This document shows, piece by piece, positions 1 through 773 of a stretch of 773 nt of DNA. The notes beneath the pieces were generated by a model. The model was not told the DNA's origin. It did no database searches and saw only the letters and a program-made list of their open reading frames with translations. Every line of letters begins with the position of its first letter. The stretch's first letter is position 1. The position numbers and the translations under genes are program-made. Source of the DNA: Escherichia coli (lineage in GTDB: Bacteria; Pseudomonadota; Gammaproteobacteria; Enterobacterales; Enterobacteriaceae). Where the stretch lies: assembly GCF_003334255.1 (NCBI RefSeq), contig NZ_QOWU01000190.1. One strand, given 5' to 3'.

Positions 1-773
1 GCCAGCGGCAGGCCGCGATGGTCGCAGTGGTACAGGTGGATTTTTCGCGCCGGCGTGTACACCGGGTCCATCTGGTTTTGCATCTGCTCCACGGTCAGGC
101 CGCACGATGCCAGCCAGCGGCGGCTTTCCTCACTCACCCGGTCAGCCAGGATTTCACTTTCCAGCCGGTCGAGCATCTGCACCAGCACCGGCGGGAACAC
201 CACACTGCCACCGTCTTCGCCGCCGGACTGCTGAAGGGCATCCGCCAGGCTGCGGCGCTGCGTTTTCGCCAGCTCACCGGTGGCAGTTTCGACCCTGATG
301 AGTGGCGTGAAGCTCCCCGGCTGATAAATCGTCTGGATGCGGCTCCTGTCGTTCTGTATCGTGGTCAGCCGGTCGCCGTCCCAGCCGTACCAGGTCACTT
401 GCGGTTTCCGTGACAGCGACATCCAGCCCGTCAGGTCCCGTTCACGCCGCCACACCCGTTTTGCCACCCTGCGGCCCAGCGGGTCGTAAAGATAGCGACT
501 TTCGACCAGCGGCTCTTCATATTGTGTCCGCGTGTAGTGCACCAGCCGGTGCTGACTGTCGTAATGGTACCGGTGAGTCCGCTCATCATCCGTGCGGATA
601 ACCCCTTCCGGGATGAGGTCGGTTTTCTCTGTCAGCCTGCCGTGACGGTCATACCGGTAAAGATAGTGCGCGTCACGGGCGATACGGTTATCCGGCCACA
701 TGCTGAGGGTGCTGTCCGGGTGCAGCTCCGGGTCGGGCAGGCGGTTACCTGCCGGGTCTGTGGCATACGGGAT
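1..773 (-). CDS. rhs: Rhs-family polymorphic toxin protein, conserved core region (YD-repeat protein); internal fragment, partial at both ends
   Basis: Minus-strand frame with codons 773..771 down to 5..3 is open for all 257 codons with no stop. Translation contains YD-repeat motifs ([47 protein letters not shown]) and the stretch ...[113 protein letters not shown], which I recognise from memory as the E. coli-type Rhs core (rhsA/B/C/D family). Paralog cannot be assigned from this window; 'rhs' is a family prefix only. Hand-counted GC about 63% (488/773) fits the known GC-rich Rhs core. No start or stop codon delimits the gene within the window. Confidence 0.93.
   Translation of the reverse strand, partial: MPYATDPAGNRLPDPELHPDSTLSMWPDNRIARDAHYLYRYDRHGRLTEKTDLIPEGVIRTDDERTHRYHYDSQHRLVHYTRTQYEEPLVESRYLYDPLGRRVAKRVWRRERDLTGWMSLSRKPQVTWYGWDGDRLTTIQNDRSRIQTIYQPGSFTPLIRVETATGELAKTQRRSLADALQQSGGEDGGSVVFPPVLVQMLDRLESEILADRVSEESRRWLASCGLTVEQMQNQMDPVYTPARKIHLYHCDHRGLPL
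357..395 (-). repeat. Degenerate YD-like repeat, motif [13 protein letters not shown]
   Basis: Minus-strand translation [13 protein letters not shown]; aromatic-x-aromatic-D-G-D-R-L-T resembles a diverged YD repeat (W in place of the second Y). Confidence 0.45.
459..497 (-). repeat. YD repeat (protein-level Rhs repeat), motif [13 protein letters not shown]
   Basis: Minus-strand translation [13 protein letters not shown] fits the RYxYDxxGR consensus; plus-strand text ttttgccaccctgcggcccagcgggtcgtaaagatagcg. Confidence 0.7.
540..572 (-). repeat. YD repeat (protein-level Rhs repeat), motif [11 protein letters not shown]
   Basis: Minus-strand translation [11 protein letters not shown]; RYxYD followed by hydrophobic RLV, a slightly degenerate YD repeat lacking the Gly. 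Confidence 0.6.
630..665 (-). repeat. YD repeat (protein-level Rhs repeat), motif [12 protein letters not shown]
   Basis: Minus-strand codons tat ctt tac cgg tat gac cgt cac ggc agg ctg aca match the xRYxYDxxGRLT YD-repeat consensus; plus-strand text tgtcagcctgccgtgacggtcataccggtaaagata at 630..665. Confidence 0.7.

Noticed and set aside
41-45. Run of five T residues (ttttt) on the plus strand that could resemble a terminator tail
   Set aside because: No stable GC-rich stem immediately upstream, and it sits inside the Rhs ORF, where on the minus strand it encodes ...ARKIH... (gcg cga aaa atc cac).
107-298. Plus-strand 63-aa ORF ([24 protein letters not shown]...)
   Set aside because: Nested inside the Rhs CDS on the opposite strand and overlapping the 18..413 ORF in another frame. 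Low-complexity Pro/Gly/Ala/Arg composition typical of spurious ORFs in GC-rich DNA.
18-413. Plus-strand 131-aa ORF ([27 protein letters not shown]...) from the supplied ORF track
   Set aside because: Entirely antisense to the open Rhs reading frame. GC-rich coding sequence routinely yields long stop-free frames on the opposite strand. The translation is Arg/His/Ala/Pro-rich with no recognisable domain, and I see no convincing ribosome-binding site upstream of the ATG at 18.
566-574. Overlapping 6-bp palindromes ggtacc (566..571) and accggt (569..574)
   Set aside because: Short palindromes of this size occur by chance; here they encode RYHY in the minus-strand frame. No evidence of a protein-binding or regulatory role.
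410-601. Plus-strand 63-aa ORF with GTG start ([27 protein letters not shown]...)
   Set aside because: Antisense to the Rhs CDS, non-ATG start, low-complexity composition, no supporting signals; judged a frame artefact.
640-678. 8-bp inverted repeat ccgtgacg (640..647) / cgtcacgg (671..678) with a 23-nt spacer
   Set aside because: Lies inside the coding frame and arises from similar Arg-Asp/His codon usage in adjacent YD-repeat segments (DRHG and RDAH on the minus strand). It has a long loop and no flanking T-run, so it is not a plausible terminator or regulatory hairpin.

Overview
The whole 773-bp window is an internal piece of a single minus-strand gene: the conserved core of an Rhs-family (YD-repeat) polymorphic toxin protein. 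The minus-strand frame with codons at 773..771 down to 5..3 is open for all 257 codons and translates to [259 protein letters not shown] recognise this from memory as the enterobacterial (E. coli-type) Rhs core; I could not run a database search and cannot say which paralog it is. The CDS is partial at both ends. The three plus-strand ORFs in the supplied track are antisense to this gene and are judged spurious. I see no RNA genes, CRISPR, mobile-element termini, promoters or terminators. I do not see a previously undescribed system in this window: it is the conserved part of a known toxin family. Any novelty would lie in the variable C-terminal toxin tip and immunity gene, which are outside the window beyond coordinate 1.
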